NCBI GenBank assembly: GCA_964199315.1
Contig: OZ116699.1
Coordinates: forward strand, 12,586,001-12,650,000
Direction: 5' to 3'
DNA length: 64,000 nt
Source of the DNA: Orbicella franksi
Taxonomy: Eukaryota
Part shown: piece by piece, positions 35,601 to 49,200 of the stretch
Layout: every line of letters begins with the position of its first letter
Numbering within the stretch: position 1 is the first letter of the stretch
Translations under genes and position numbers: made by a program
Notes under the pieces: generated by a model
What the model saw: the letters and a program-made list of their open reading frames with translations, nothing else
What the model was told of the DNA's origin: nothing
Database searches by the model: none

Positions 35601-38600
35601 CGTAAAGTTATTGGGCCTTGATGAAACATCAAGCGTTGCTTACAATTCAGGCGAAACTCAAACTAGCAATTATTTTGTTTTACTTTTCGGTCGTGATAGA
35701 CTGGCAAATTTCTCGCAGGCGTGTGGCAAGAGGAGTAGGAAACTATGAAGTCCTGAAGCTCTGCTATATCTAAATATATCCAGCTAGTTTTTTGCTGCGT
35801 AATGGACAGCTGTTAATCTTCAACATATGTGAAATTTAAAGTGGAGTAATGTACAGCTCATGTAAAAGAAGCATCCGTTGGAACACAACTTGGTCAGCGA
35901 TATATATCTGCTTAAAGCGGAACATACTTAAATTCGACACTGTCTTACTTCACTCAAACTGAAGCAGCTTACTACGAAAATACCTAAGCAAAATTCCAAC
36001 AGACGTAAACGCGCTGAGTTGTGGGCCAAAAACATGAAAAATTTCGGGAGTTTCGGACGCCATTCCCCCTGCGCGACATCCGCAAAAATCCTCGCAGCAT
36101 GTACGCGCGTGTGCCGCAGGCGATGGCGCAATTTGTTCTAAAAATAGAATTATTGTCCCATATCATGGGGACAACTCCAATACTAGAAATGGCACGCGCT
36201 TACGGTCTCCGTCCCCGATTATGGCTCCTGGCTCAATACTATAAGTAGTGTATGTCCTGGCTATGAACGGTAAACTGTTTTAACATTTCTTACAGTAAGT
36301 AAACAATTCCCTAAAAATAAGGTGTGATTATGTATAGTGATCAATGCAAGATCAAGTTCAAGATCAATTTCAAGATCAGTATCAAGTTCTCCCCTTGACA
36401 GGACAAAGCATGTTTTCATAATTCGAAAGATTTATATCCTGCCAAAAAAGGATAAATGCCCGCAGAATTCCGCTTCTTCTCCATAGAAAGTGCAGTTTAG
36501 AAAGTCAGTTATCCTGAGACGATAAGTTTTCTTGTTTGTATAGCCTATAAAATTTAGTATTTTAGTTCCTTTATTACGTACGCCATAAAAATTAGTCAAT
36601 TGAAAGTTACACCCGCGAGACTCAGGCATCGTGTAAACAGGAAGACATAAAGACCATTCAACTGAACGAAAAGCACTGTAGACCAAAACTGTCGTGACAA
36701 ATAGAACGCCCTGAAAATAACCGTTGAACAGGCGAGTTAACCATGGCTATAAAATAAACCTTGTTAGTTCTTTTATCACGGACGCCATAAAAATTAATCA
36801 AGTGAAAGTTAAGCCCTCTTGACTCAGGCATCGTGTTAAACAGGAAGACATAAAGACCATTCGATAGAACGAAAAGCACTCTACTGAAAGAACTATCGTG
36901 ACAAATAGAACGTCCTAAAAATAACCATTAATCAGACGAGTATTTTCGAGATCCTTATTTCCTTTTTCTCATTTAGGGGTCGCTCTAGGCCTAGACTAAA
37001 TATCCGGATACTTTTCAGACAAAATGTAACCTCAAGCTGAGACAATCTGTCTCTATGTGACGCTTGCAAAGAGACAAATAGGCAATATTAAAGGACAGAA
37101 AATAGTATATTGTACTATCTAAATATTTGTGTCTTTGTGCCGCTCGAGATAAAGAAAACATATGAAAGCAATACTGCGACCGCTGCATGCAAAGATACTT
37201 TTACTTTTTTTACGAGGAAGCATACTAATGGGTGGCAACTCTTCTTTTTCAAGCCGATGAACTCTTTCATCGCAGTGATAGTACGTTGGGCGTGTTCGCT
37301 AACAGCTGTGGTCACGTACAGTGAACATTTCTCGTGATTGTGCTCCTGTCGTAGCATCTTGCTGCTCACACGAGATCACATGCCTGCCTTGAACTATTTG
37401 CAGCCTTTCTCGCTTCTGAAAGGGTTTTTCGTTTGTTTTTGGTAGTCGACAAAACACGGTATTACTTTTGTACCATAACCGCTTCTCATCATTCGATCAT
37501 TTCGTCAGGAAATTTCGAGTCGACGAATTCGAAGGCTGAGTATCGTCTTTACCGTGATATTCGTTATCATTTGTTTTCCTCAAATTTTAGTTCGCTCACT
37601 TCCTTGGTCTTTCGTTGGTCGCATGTAAGTGCGACCAATGACCTCCTCCTGAAGTTCCCCAACCTTTATTTTCTTTAGAAATTTACCCCTTCAATACGAC
37701 CACTCGAAATGACTGACAGATAAATGAAAGAAATTAAATAAGCAAATAAAAACAGAACTGTCTTTAGTTATAGTAAAATGCATCAGTTGTGTTCACTGCG
37801 CGCATTGCAAATACGAGTTAAATTATTTTGTATTTTCCATTGATGCTGAGAAATACAATTAGGGAGCTTTGACAAAGTATGTGTGTATGTAATTAACGTT
37901 GATTTAAGCTGTGTCCATACTAGGCCGAAACATGATTAGTCTGGTCACAAATGAAACGGTTTTCACTACGAAAACTATTCACATTTTGCGGTGCATTGGG
38001 CGAATCATGATCAAAATACGTTTATTCTGAACAAGATTGAAACTACTTCACAAGGTAGTTTCGATCTCAATCAAATAAAACGCGTCAACCTTGGCGGCTG
38101 AGATTTAAAGGGAAGCAAGTTTCCGAAGGGGTTGTCAAAGTGCTTAATAAAAGCTAATAAATACAAGTCATAGCAATCTTGAGTTTAAGTACGTAGAGTG
38201 TAATTATCGCGATTTCATGCGAGTGTCATAAAACCGCATAAATTCATTTAGAACAATGGCGTGGAGGTGTTTGGTAACAAAAACTAATCTGAACAATGCA
38301 CTTTTGAGGAAACGCGTCTCTTATAAACATGTTTACTCTAAACATGTTTCGGTGATAGAGTGAACGCAGTATTAGATCTGTCAAAATCTATTTCTCATAT
38401 TGATTCGGAACAATTTCGAAGAAGAAAATCTTTAATTATTTTGCAGGTATAAGTAATGAAACGAACGACCAACAACTTGAGAAAAATGACAACGAATTTC
38501 ACGTTGAAGACTGTCATTCAGTATTCGAATTTGGAAACTCGAAATTTCCAGACGAAATGGTCGAATGATGACAAGGGTTTATGGTACAAAGCTAATGCCA

Positions 38601-39951
38601 TGCTTTGTCCCTTTTGCCGGCTACCAAAAAATGAAAAACACTTTGAACAAAAAGGTTGCTCAAATTTTACAACGACGACTTTTTAAAGTCGTCGTTTTAA
38701 AAGCAGGCATGTGAATTGGCGTGAGCAGCGGGTGGCCACGAGAAAAGCACGACCACAACGGCAAACATTCCCTGTGCGTCACCGTACAGCCGTTAGCGAT
38801 CACGCCCTAGGTATTATCACTGCGATGAAAGGAATTCATTAGCTTGTAAAAGAAGAGTTGCCACAACTAGTAGTCTTTCCGATAAAAAAAAAAAAAAAAA
38901 AAGTGTATTTGCACGCAGCAGCCGTAACATTGCCTTAAGACACAAATATTTCGGTGGTACAAAGCCACTATAATAAATTACTTTAGTTTGCCTTAACATT
39001 GCCTATTTGTCCCTTTGCAAGGGTCACAGAGAGACAGATTGTCTCATGAGATTACACTTTTTCTGAATATTAAGTACGTTTCTCAAAAAGACATCTGTAT
39101 CGAGGCCTTGAGCGACCGGTAAAGGGCAAAGAGCAAATACGGAGGGCGAAAAAACTCTCGAGATCAAAGGTTATTTTTATGGAGTTCCATTTGTCACGAT
39201 AGCTCTTTTCTAGAGTAATTTTCGTTCAATGCAATGGTCTTTATGTCTTCCTGCTTAACTTGATGCCTGAACTTGAGAGGGTTTAACGTTCATAATTTTT
39301 ATGTCATCCGTGATGAAGGAACTAACAAGCTTTATCAAATCATAACTCCGTGAGAGGGCAATATAAGGCATTACTTCATGCGCAGTACTACTCTAGAGTC
39401 TAAGATCAGGGAATTCCAGTACAAAATCGTATGATTTGTCCATACAAACGCGAAACTTAATATCGTCTCGGCATAACTGATTCTCCTAGCTGCACTATCT
39501 GTCAAGAAGAAGCACAATCCATCGATCGCGAGCTTTTACTTTTTTCCTGCAGAATATAAATCTTCTGAATTCTGGAAACGCGGTTGTTTTGTCCTGGCTT
39601 TAAAACAATAGATATTTAAACGTCAACGAGGAAGACTTGACCTTAATCTTGATCACTATATAATTAGTCACATTTTAATACGAGGGAAGATTGTATTTAT
39701 TCCGAGAAATATCAAAACAGTTTACCCTAAAGTTCATATCCAGGCCAAAAAATTCTTATAGTATTGAGTTCCATATTACTAGGGAGATATCCAAGCTCTT
39801 AAAGCACTCTCAAAAATAAAAAAATAAAAAAAACCGCTTAATACACGTGCAATTAATAATATTAACAGTAATTTATTAGGTCGTAGGGAGGATAAGCTGT
39901 GTTTGTTGTTTGTTCGTTTGCGCCTTTTTTCATTAGTATTATTGTTATTAT

Positions 39952-40102
39952 TAGAGCGGTTTTCAATTGAGTGTCGTAAAACCAAAACCAAACTAATTAC
40001 TTACCAATTAGACTACTCAGCCAATCTCAAACCGTAGTAAACCAAAACCAAAACCAAAATAATTGCTTGATTACCTTCGACACTCAATTGAAAACCGCTC
40101 TA
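39952..40102. mobile_element. 151-bp MITE
   Basis: Perfect 25-bp inverted ends TAGAGCGGTTTTCAATTGAGTGTCG. Absent at the equivalent sites (~21350, ~50520). Confidence 0.85.
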
Positions 40103-40648
40103 TTACATTACATGCAAACTTAATTTGCATTGCAATTGTTTCTTTTGTATTTTTTGTATATTAACCAATAAACACTGCTCTACGTCTCGGTGATCAACTC
40201 TTATTCCATCAGCCAATATCAAGCCATATTGACCTCACGGCCACCTCTCGCTAGGTCAGTATAAGTGTCACAACAATCATCCCCTATCGATCAACATAAC
40301 AAGAGATAGTTTTATTGGCCTCTAAGTTGTATCTACTTAAGTTGTTGCATCTGTTAGAAACACATCATTCGCTGTTTAGCAGTCAGCCGGCAGCAACTAG
40401 AAACTTGAGGTACACTGTCAACACAAAAGGTAAACCAGTGACTTTTTTAGTTTTATTGGATTTTCACTTTCCTTGAAAAGTAGGTGCTACATACGTACAT
40501 TATGGTTAAATGTTATCAATTTAAGTTTCGGATCGGTTAGCAGGAGACCAATGTATTTATGAGTTTTATAGGTCATTAGTCATAGGCCATTTGCTAACGA
40601 GTTGATTTTTCTTTCATGCATCTGTCGTGTTACCAAACCGACAACAAT

Positions 40649-40800
40649 CTAACCTAAGCATTATTAAGACTAACCTCAGCACTATTCATGCTAACCTGGG
40701 GGATAGGCGGACTAACCAGAGGGCTATGTGGGCTAACCGAAATGTCATTTAGGATAACGGAAGTGCAATTTAGGCTACCCCTTCCCTGCGCGCTATAAAG
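40649..40800 (+). promoter_or_regulatory. 21-bp-periodic CTAACC array plus TATAAAG, upstream of copy 3
   Basis: Hexamers at 40649, 40670, 40691, 40712, 40733, 40754, 40775. TATAAAG at 40794. Confidence 0.4.
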
Positions 40801-42800
40801 GGTTTCAACAAACAGACTATACGGCAAAGCTGCAACCTGAGATACTTGATCTGATTCATAAGTCAAATGTGTCTATGGGTCAAGATGTCATGAGTCGATG
40901 AATGAATAAGTCACTGGTCAATAATTAATTTGGCTTCAGGTTAGCCAGAATAGCTCTCCAGTAAGCCTAAATAGCAATTCGGTTAGCTTACTCTAGTCAT
41001 CTTCTAGTCCCTACACTTTTCGCTTGTATAATTGTTGCTATATTAGATTACGGCGTTGTTTTCGTTTAAGAGTTTTCTAACGTCCTAAAGAGGTGAAAGC
41101 TTAGAAATATCGACTAACTAGAGAAAACAAGATAAGAACGTCAATTCTGATTTTGTTGTCTTGTCACAAAATCTAGCTTGATGAACTGTAAACCACTTCA
41201 ACCCTTGTAATCCTGAACTTCTGCGCCAAAATACTTCTTGTTGTTTGATCTTTAAAATCTCTTTATCCAATTAATTTGTATATTTGGTTACATTTGGAAA
41301 TATAATATGGAAATTGAGAAAGAGAACTTAGCTTTCGACACTGTCACTCACCAGTCAACGATATTACTAAGGTATGAAAACCGCTAAAGGAAATAATAAG
41401 CTCTCTACCTGTTTGTTGAGTTATGTAAGTACTTGACGAGAAGGCAAGCATTTGGAAGTGAAAGCGTAATCAAGTTATATTACTTTACACTGAATGCTAG
41501 TTTAAAATTGTAAAGGTATATTGAACTTTGGCTTAAAATAGTGAAAGAACATGAATATTCAGTTTTTTTCCTTGAAATATGGTGGAAGACTGACTTGTGA
41601 ATGAAAATTAGCAATGAATATCAAGAAAGTCCGTGAAACATTTCCCGAATGATTTGTGCAGACGTCATCGATTACAGGCGCTCTGTCCAAGCTAAGACAA
41701 ATTATCCTTTACAACGCCCATTGTTCAGTGTGAAGCGTTTGAATTGGAATAGAACGAATGACCCATTCCTTTCCTTCCATGTTTTCACCCGTAATATAGT
41801 GAATATCGATCCAAAAAATAGGCAAGGAATAATGAAGACTTGTTAAAACTCGACTTGATAAATAAGAATAATTTGCAGTATTAGTAGTCTGCTGCGGGCA
41901 GCAATATTTTGCAACTGATCTTGTGACAAACTGTTCAAAATCTTGAGCAAAAATAAATGTTTAAAGTCTTCTCCTTGTTAGTAAGATATTTATCAATTCA
42001 AAAAATTGAAACCTGTTGGTGACTTGAGAGAAGCGGTAACTTACAAAAATTTACAATTTAGCAAGATTTTACTCCACCAAGGCGAGAAAGTTTCGGTTAA
42101 ATATGAACTTTTAGGTCTCTTTCTTAGAGCCCATCAAAGCAAGAACTAAACAAGCCACTGGAGAGAAGATTTGCGTGGTCGTGTTAACGGGGTGTATTTA
42201 TAAGAGATTACACATTGGGATTTCAAAATGTGGGCGTTGGCCGCCTTGATAACAGTGTGGTTTCTTATAACAAAATCTATTGGCGTTTCACTGGGACAAA
42301 AACGAAGTGGTTCCTAAGTAGTGGTTTCATTGTAGTGGATGTAACATTGTTAGTATTGACGGCTTCATAATGTAAGTAGTGTACGCGTCATAGTTGTAAG
42401 TGATCTAATTATCGTGTTTTAGGTCATGTAAATTTAATTAATTTTTAGCATGAAAGAAAGTTTCTTGTAAGGAGTGTTGTTTTATCATTGTAATACAAAA
42501 AGTAAGGTTTCTGGCTTTCTTTAAACTGTGAGCATAACAATCAATCAAGAATTCCCTACCATTATTTCCGACCAGAAACTCAAGTTGCATTTGAGGTAAT
42601 TTCGGAACCTTGTTGCTATAAAAAAACTGGTAAAAAAGTCGAAAAAATGTTAAAAACGGCATTTGGTCTTTGTTTACGACGAGAAAATTAGAAATTGACT
42701 CCTTATTGTAGGCTGCTTATCTCATTTAATCCACTTTCCTCGACTAACTTAGAAATTTCACGTTATTCTCTTGCAGGAAAAAAGCAAAAACGACGACGTC

Positions 42801-44033
42801 ATGTTCGTAAGATCGGCGTTGTTATTTCTTCTCCTTAACCTGACCGGAGCGATGATGTTCAGGTTGAAGAGGAATGACGAAATCGAGAATCCTGAAGACC
42901 CCAAGCGCCCCAATTATGGTTTGTTACCCAAGTTGAAGAATGGCGAGAACGAGATTCCTGAAAACTTCAAGCGCTCCATTTATAACGGTTTGGTCTCCAA
43001 GTTGAAGAATGACGAGACCGAGGAACCTGAAGAGCCTGAGCCCACCAAGAATACCAAGGCTTTGGGCCGCCCTGGTTTGTAATTTGCTTGTTTGTTTGTG
43101 CTTACTCTACAACATGTTAGTTTTTACGTTTACAAAGTGAAAATGTTTGTATCTTAAAAACTCGAACACGGAGAACCAATCAAGTATTTTTTACCTCTCA
43201 TTAGCGAAAGGGACAGCGCTGCCACTGATATATTGTGTCTTAATAAGTATGACCAGGAGCTCCAAATAAATTGAGAAAAGAACTTGAAAAAGCGAAGAAC
43301 TATCAGATAAAATAATGACTAAATTTTTACAGGATGGCAATTTTGATATCTTGACATCCTGTCGCAAAGTCAAATTTGATGAGCTGTAATCCACCTCCAT
43401 CCTTGAAATCCTGTGCTTCTTCCTCAAAATACTCGTTCTAGTTTGCGTTTTAGAATCTTTTGATCCAATTTAGTTGTGTATTTGGTTATATTTGGCGATA
43501 TAATATGGAAATTAGGAAAGGGAACTTTCAATAATCTGAATAATCAGCAGCAACACTGTCCCTGTCTTAAGGGCAGCGACACTGTTCACTGTCTTGAGGG
43601 TAATCAGTGAAGATAGGTAACATAGTATGAAGGTACAGTATCAACGGTTTTGGACACGCTTACGTACACCATAAAAAGGCAGTTTTAAAATAGATTTCAT
43701 GGCCCGGACTGGGTTTGTCGTCTTACTCGGCTACACGTCATCACTTTCCCACACAACGTCGAATTTGAATCGTCTTATGTTAAAAGTAGTGACAGCGTGA
43801 ACCTGTTTTAGAATTGTTAATACGTTTGTTAATCACATTGACAGTTCAAACTGACTTCTTTTTCAGAGGGTAGAGCTCCTGGTGATTGCATTGCTTGTTT
43901 CCTGATAGAATGTGGCTTCCCAGCCTTTGGATGCTTAGGTGCCGGTCCTGCATACTTAGGCTGTCTGACAGCAGCCTGTGGCGGTGGTATATTGGCAACC
44001 GTATGCTTGGCAGATTGCTTTCTTCCTATTTAG
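42801..44033 (+). CDS. Cys-rich prepropeptide gene, copy 3, 146 aa; coding exons 42801-43074 and 43867-44033
   Basis: Same exon structure as copy 2 (274 nt + 167 nt) and the same mature peptide. Acceptors at 42776 and 43866, donor at 43075, AATAAA at 44266. Confidence 0.85.
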
Positions 44034-45218
44034 GTCATGCTCTCAGCCAGTGCAGTCAAGAATGGATACTAGTAATTGTAATTATTAGATATCCAAACGG
44101 ACCTTATTACCAATGGTCATTTCAGTATACTGTAAACCGCTTTGCTGATTTGTTGTTGCTGTTGTTGTTGTTTTTTTTTTATTTAAGCGAGGATGCGACT
44201 TATAATCAAGACCATCTGTAATTGTTAACCTAATCATAATCTTAAGGACCTCTCAGGGTCTGCTGAATAAATAAACATGGCTGACAGCATAAACAGAGTT
44301 GTTGTCGTTGATAGTTGTTTTAGCTCCGAATTATGGAAAAAGAAAAAAATATAAGGCAATGCTGCGGCGTCTGCAAGCGATTATAATTTCACCTTTTTTT
44401 ACCCGGAAAAATACTTTTGGGTAGCAACTCTTCTTTTGCAAGCCAATGAATTGCTTTCAGTGTAGTGATAATACCTTTGGCGTGTTCGCTAACAGCTGTC
44501 ACGCACTTAGCAAAATTCAGCCTTACAAAAATACATCATAACAAGGCTCCAGGGAATAAACCCATATAATTCCTGTGGTTTATTCCCCAGAACCTCGTAA
44601 TGTTGTCTTTTGTTTGAAGCTGAATTTTAATACATGGAAATTGGGTTATTGCGCTAGTTCGCACGCCTGCTTAAAGTCGCCGTTTTTTTGCAGCTCTTTT
44701 TGCTTCCAAAAGTGTTTTTCTTTAATTGATAACCGGCAAAACGGACAAAACATTGCATTATATTTGTATCGGTTGGCATCATTGGACCATTTCGTCAGGC
44801 AATTTCGAGTTTACGAATTTCAAATCTGAGTATCTGAGTACGTCATTTTTTCCTTAAGTTCTTGGTCGTTCGATTCATTACTAACATCTGCAAAATAACT
44901 GGAGATTTACGTCTTCGAAATGTTTTCGAATAAATCAGTTAGAAACAGCTATTGACAGATCTAAGTCTCCGTTGATAACACACACATTGACACATACTTT
45001 ATTGAAGCTCCCTAATTGGGTTTTCAGCATCAATGGAAAATACAAAAGTAATTTAAGATATACAGTGTAGCCCCATTAATACGATTGGCTTTGAAGCATA
45101 AAAACTTGGTCGTATAACCGGTGATCGTATTAACAAGGTTGGTTCAAACGTGATGTTATTATTGACCATTACTAATTCTGACCCCCATTTATAGTCTTAT
45201 TTGCAATACAGTGAACAC

Positions 45219-45924
45219 GTTAAGAGTTTTTCCCATTTTTTGTTATATTTAGTCATCTTATTATGTTTTACTGCTATTTGTCGTTCTATGCGCCGAAGTA
45301 TTTTAACTTTTGCTACCAAAACCATATTGTCCAATTTGCATTTATGAACATAAAATTTTGCCATAAGTATCAGGTGATTTAAAATGATATTATCTTTGCT
45401 TTCACTAAAATCACCAAATAAGATAGTCATTAATGTTAGAGCCTCTACTCTCTGTGTTTTTTTCCTAAGCCAGGAAGTAAGGGCTTGCCAAAATCTGTAC
45501 ACCCACAGTAAAAAAGTAGATGTTTGAGGGATTCAACTTCCTTTTTACAAAAAATGCATAAAGGTGAAACAATCATTTTAAATGTGAAGAGCTTTTCATT
45601 TGTAAATATGATATCATTCAAAAGCCTATATTGAAATTTCCGCAGCTTTGTCTCTATTGTGAAAACAAATGGCGGGGAATAGATCTTTGTCCATTCCACC
45701 GCTAGCTCGGAATATTTATTTTGCAGTTTGTTTTGGGCAGCTGGAGGGGTTTGCTTTTTGAATTTGAATTCTTTATAAAGTAGTTTTGATGTCATGTTTA
45801 GAATATCAACGTCCTTTCTATCCACTCTGACAAAAATAGTACCATTTGCTGTTTTTGGGGCAGAGTGTTGTTGATTCCGCTGGATGAGAATTCTCCAGTC
45901 TGGTGAAATTGTACTCATTAATTT
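45219..45924 (-). mobile_element. L1/Tx1-like ORF2 C-terminal fragment (zf-RVT), truncated at both ends
   Basis: IETKLRKFQYRLLNDIIFTN...SPLCIFCKKEVESLKHLLFYC and NHLILMAKFYVHKCK...KWEKL. No tail. Replaces ~1 kb that is present in the other units. Confidence 0.8.
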
Positions 45925-46249
45925 GATTCTGGTTCTCTCTTCTGAATACTGTAGTCAGGAATAACAAAAACGTCAATAGGAAAAAGAAGACACGCAGCTG
46001 ATTCAACAGAACAGTAGAAGAAAGCCTCATTTGATATCAATATAAAAAGTTTTCTCTTCCTTTAAAAGCAATGAATTATGGTGATATCTTCACTTGTCAG
46101 TAATGTAAACTGTAACGACTGGAATGCAGTGACTCATGGGCAGCAAAATTCCAAATGGACGTTAAGAAGTGAGGGATCTGACCTGAACCTCCAATTGACT
46201 TTAACCGGGGAACAAGCGTCAAGAAATTGATCAAGCTTTTTTTCGGGCC

Positions 46250-49200
46250 CAAAGGGAGTTGTCGTGAGGTCAAGATGAGTTAATGTTGGCCAATGACGAA
46301 TATACAACAAAGCGCGCGGCTTGGTAGTCTGTGCAAGAATATTTCGAAATGCGATCAAAACCAATCTATTGAACAAGTGCTGAAACACCTGAGCAACTTG
46401 GGACACACTCGAAAATGTTCACGGCTTAGCACATAAATTTCTGTCTCAAAACTATCAGCTAAATTTTAAACTGCTAACGACAGATACGACAGCGTAATTC
46501 CCATGTGAGAAGTTCGTCATTTGTGAGAGCGCTTGCGCGCTTCTCTTTCTGAATTTGAGCCAATCAAAGTCCATATTACAAGTCCGGTCCAACGTGATTG
46601 GCTCCTGCTTCGCTGAAAAAATTGTCTATAGATAGCTTACTCTTGAATCTGATAGCACAAGACCCAATACCAGAGATATACACTTCTAGCATTAGAAACT
46701 TCTCTTTAATAATATACAAAAATTACAAAAGAAACAATGCAAAATAAGCTTACACATAATAATTATAGTGATAATAATAAAAAAACCCTCATGAATAGAA
46801 GGTGTAAATAAACAAACATTCAGCTTATCCTCCCTACTACCCAATAAAATTAATTATTGTTAATATTGTTAATTGCAAAGATTAAGTAGTTTATCCCAGT
46901 TTCTGAAATTACCTTAAGAGCTTGCATATCCTTTCCTAGCAATATTGAGCTTAATACTATGAGTAGTTTTAAGTCCTGACTATGAAGGGTAAACTGTTTT
47001 AACATTTCTTAGAGTAAATATTCCCTAATAATAAGATGGCATTAATTATAGTGATCAAGATCAAGTTCAAGAACAAGATCAAGTCCTCCACTTGACAGGA
47101 CAAAGCATGTTTTCAGATTTCCAAAGATTTATATTCTGCAGACAAAGAGTAAATGCTGGAAGGATTCTGCTTCTTTTTGATAGAAAGTGCAGCTTGGAAA
47201 ATCAGTTATCCCGAGACGATAGATTTTCTTGATTGTATATACTATAAAATTTAGAATTTTGTATTGGAAGATTCCCTGATCTTACAATCTAGAGTAGTAT
47301 TGCGCAAGATTTAACTTTTCTTGCGCTCTTGCGGAGTTACCCATATAACAAAGCTTGTTAGTTCCTTCATCACGTACGCCCTAAAACTTAGTCGATTGAA
47401 AGTTAAACCCACGAGACTCAGGCATCGTGTTACACAGGAAGATATAAAGACCATTCAACTGAACGAAAAACATTCTAGAACAGAACTGTCGTGACAAATA
47501 GAACGCCCTGAAAACAACCGGTGATCAGGCGAATTAACCATGAAATAAACCTTGTTAGTTCTTTTGTCGCGGATGTCATAGAAATTAATCAAGTGAAAGT
47601 TAAACCCGCTGAGACTCGGGCATCGTGTTAAACAGGAAGACATAAAGACCATTGAATTGAACGAAAAATACTCCAGAAAAGAGCTGCCGTGACAAACAGA
47701 ACTCCATAAAAATAACCATTAATCAGGCGAGTGTTTCCGAGAGCCTTATTTGCTTTCTCTCATTTAGGGGTCGCTCCAGGCCTGGACTAAATATCCGGGT
47801 ACTTTTCAGACAAAATTTAACTTCAAGCTGAGACAATCTGTCTCTATGTGGCCCTTGCAAAGAGACAAATAGGTAATATCAAAGGACAGAAAATAGTACA
47901 TTGTACTATCAAAATATTTGTGTCTTTGTGCGGCTCGAGATACCGCGACTGCTGCATGCAAAGATACTTTTACTTTTTTTTTTTTTTCCCTTTAGAAAGA
48001 GTTTTTTGTTTTTTGTGGTAGACGACAAAACATGGCATTATTTTTGTACCATAACCGCTTCTCATCATTCGACCATTTCGTCAGGAAATTTCGAGTCAAC
48101 GAATTCAAAGACTGAGTATCGTCTTCACCGTGAGATTCGTTGTCATTTGTTTTCATCAAATTTTTTGTTCGTTCTCTTCATTGGTCCTTTGTTGGTCGCT
48201 TTTAAATGCGACCAATTACCTCCTCCTGGCGTCCCCCAATTACCTTTATTTGCTTTATAAATTTACCCCTTCAATACGACCACTCGAAATCACTGACGAG
48301 AAAAATGAAAGAAATAAGGCAAATAAAAACAGAACTGTCTTTAGTTACAGTAAAATGAACCAGTTGTGTTCACTGCGCGTATTACAAATTAATAGGGGTT
48401 GAATTATCTTATATTTTCCATTGATGCTGAAAAATACAATTAGGGAGCTTTAACAAAGTATGTGTATGTAATTAACAGCGACTTAAGCTGCGTTCACACT
48501 AGGCCGAAACATGATTAGTCTGGTCACGAATGAAACAGGTTTCATTAGGAAAACTGTTGACATTTTGCCGTGCATTACGCGAATCATGATCGAAACACGT
48601 TTATTCTGAGGACCTTACAGGGTAGTTTCGAACTCAATCAAATAAACAGCGTCAACCTTGGCGGCTGAGAGTGAAAGGGAAGGAAGTTTCCGAAGGGCTT
48701 GTCAATTGAAGCACTTAATAAAAGCAAATAAATACAAGTCAGAGCAATCTTGGGTTTAAGTGTAATTATAAGGATTTCATGCGAGTGCCATAAAACCGCA
48801 TAAATTCATATAGAACAATGGCGTGGACGTGTTTGGTAACAAAACTAATGTAAACAATGCAGTTACAAACATCTTTTGGGGAAACGTGTCTCTTATAAAC
48901 ATGTTTACTCTAAAGATGATACGGTGATAGAGCGAACGCAATATTAGATCTGTCAACAGCTATTTCTAGTAATTGTTTGGAACAATTTCGGGGAAGGAAA
49001 ATCTTCAGTTGTTTTGCAGGTACAAGTAATAAAACGAACGAGCAACTTTAGAAAAATGGAAACGAATTTCACGATGAAGACCCTTACTCAGCATTCGAAT
49101 TTGAAAACTCGAAATTTCCAGACGGAATGGTCGAATGATGACAAGGGTTTATGGTACTAAAATAATGTCATGTTTTGTCCCTTTTGCCGGCTACCAAAAA

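Larger units (their letters stand above)
30282..36230 (-). mobile_element. Defective Academ-like (XPG/PIN-domain) DNA transposon, 5949 bp
   Basis: Perfect 32-bp TIR CAGGAGCCATAATCGGGGACGGAGACCGTAAG plus a 45-bp subterminal IR with 2 mismatches. GCTCAAT duplicated at 30275 and 36231. Superfamily assigned from recalled protein motifs, not from a search. Confidence 0.8.

Noticed and set aside
40649-40780. CRISPR array or prokaryotic iterons
   Set aside because: The conserved unit is only 6 nt, the spacers are related to each other, there are no cas or rep genes, and the context is eukaryotic.
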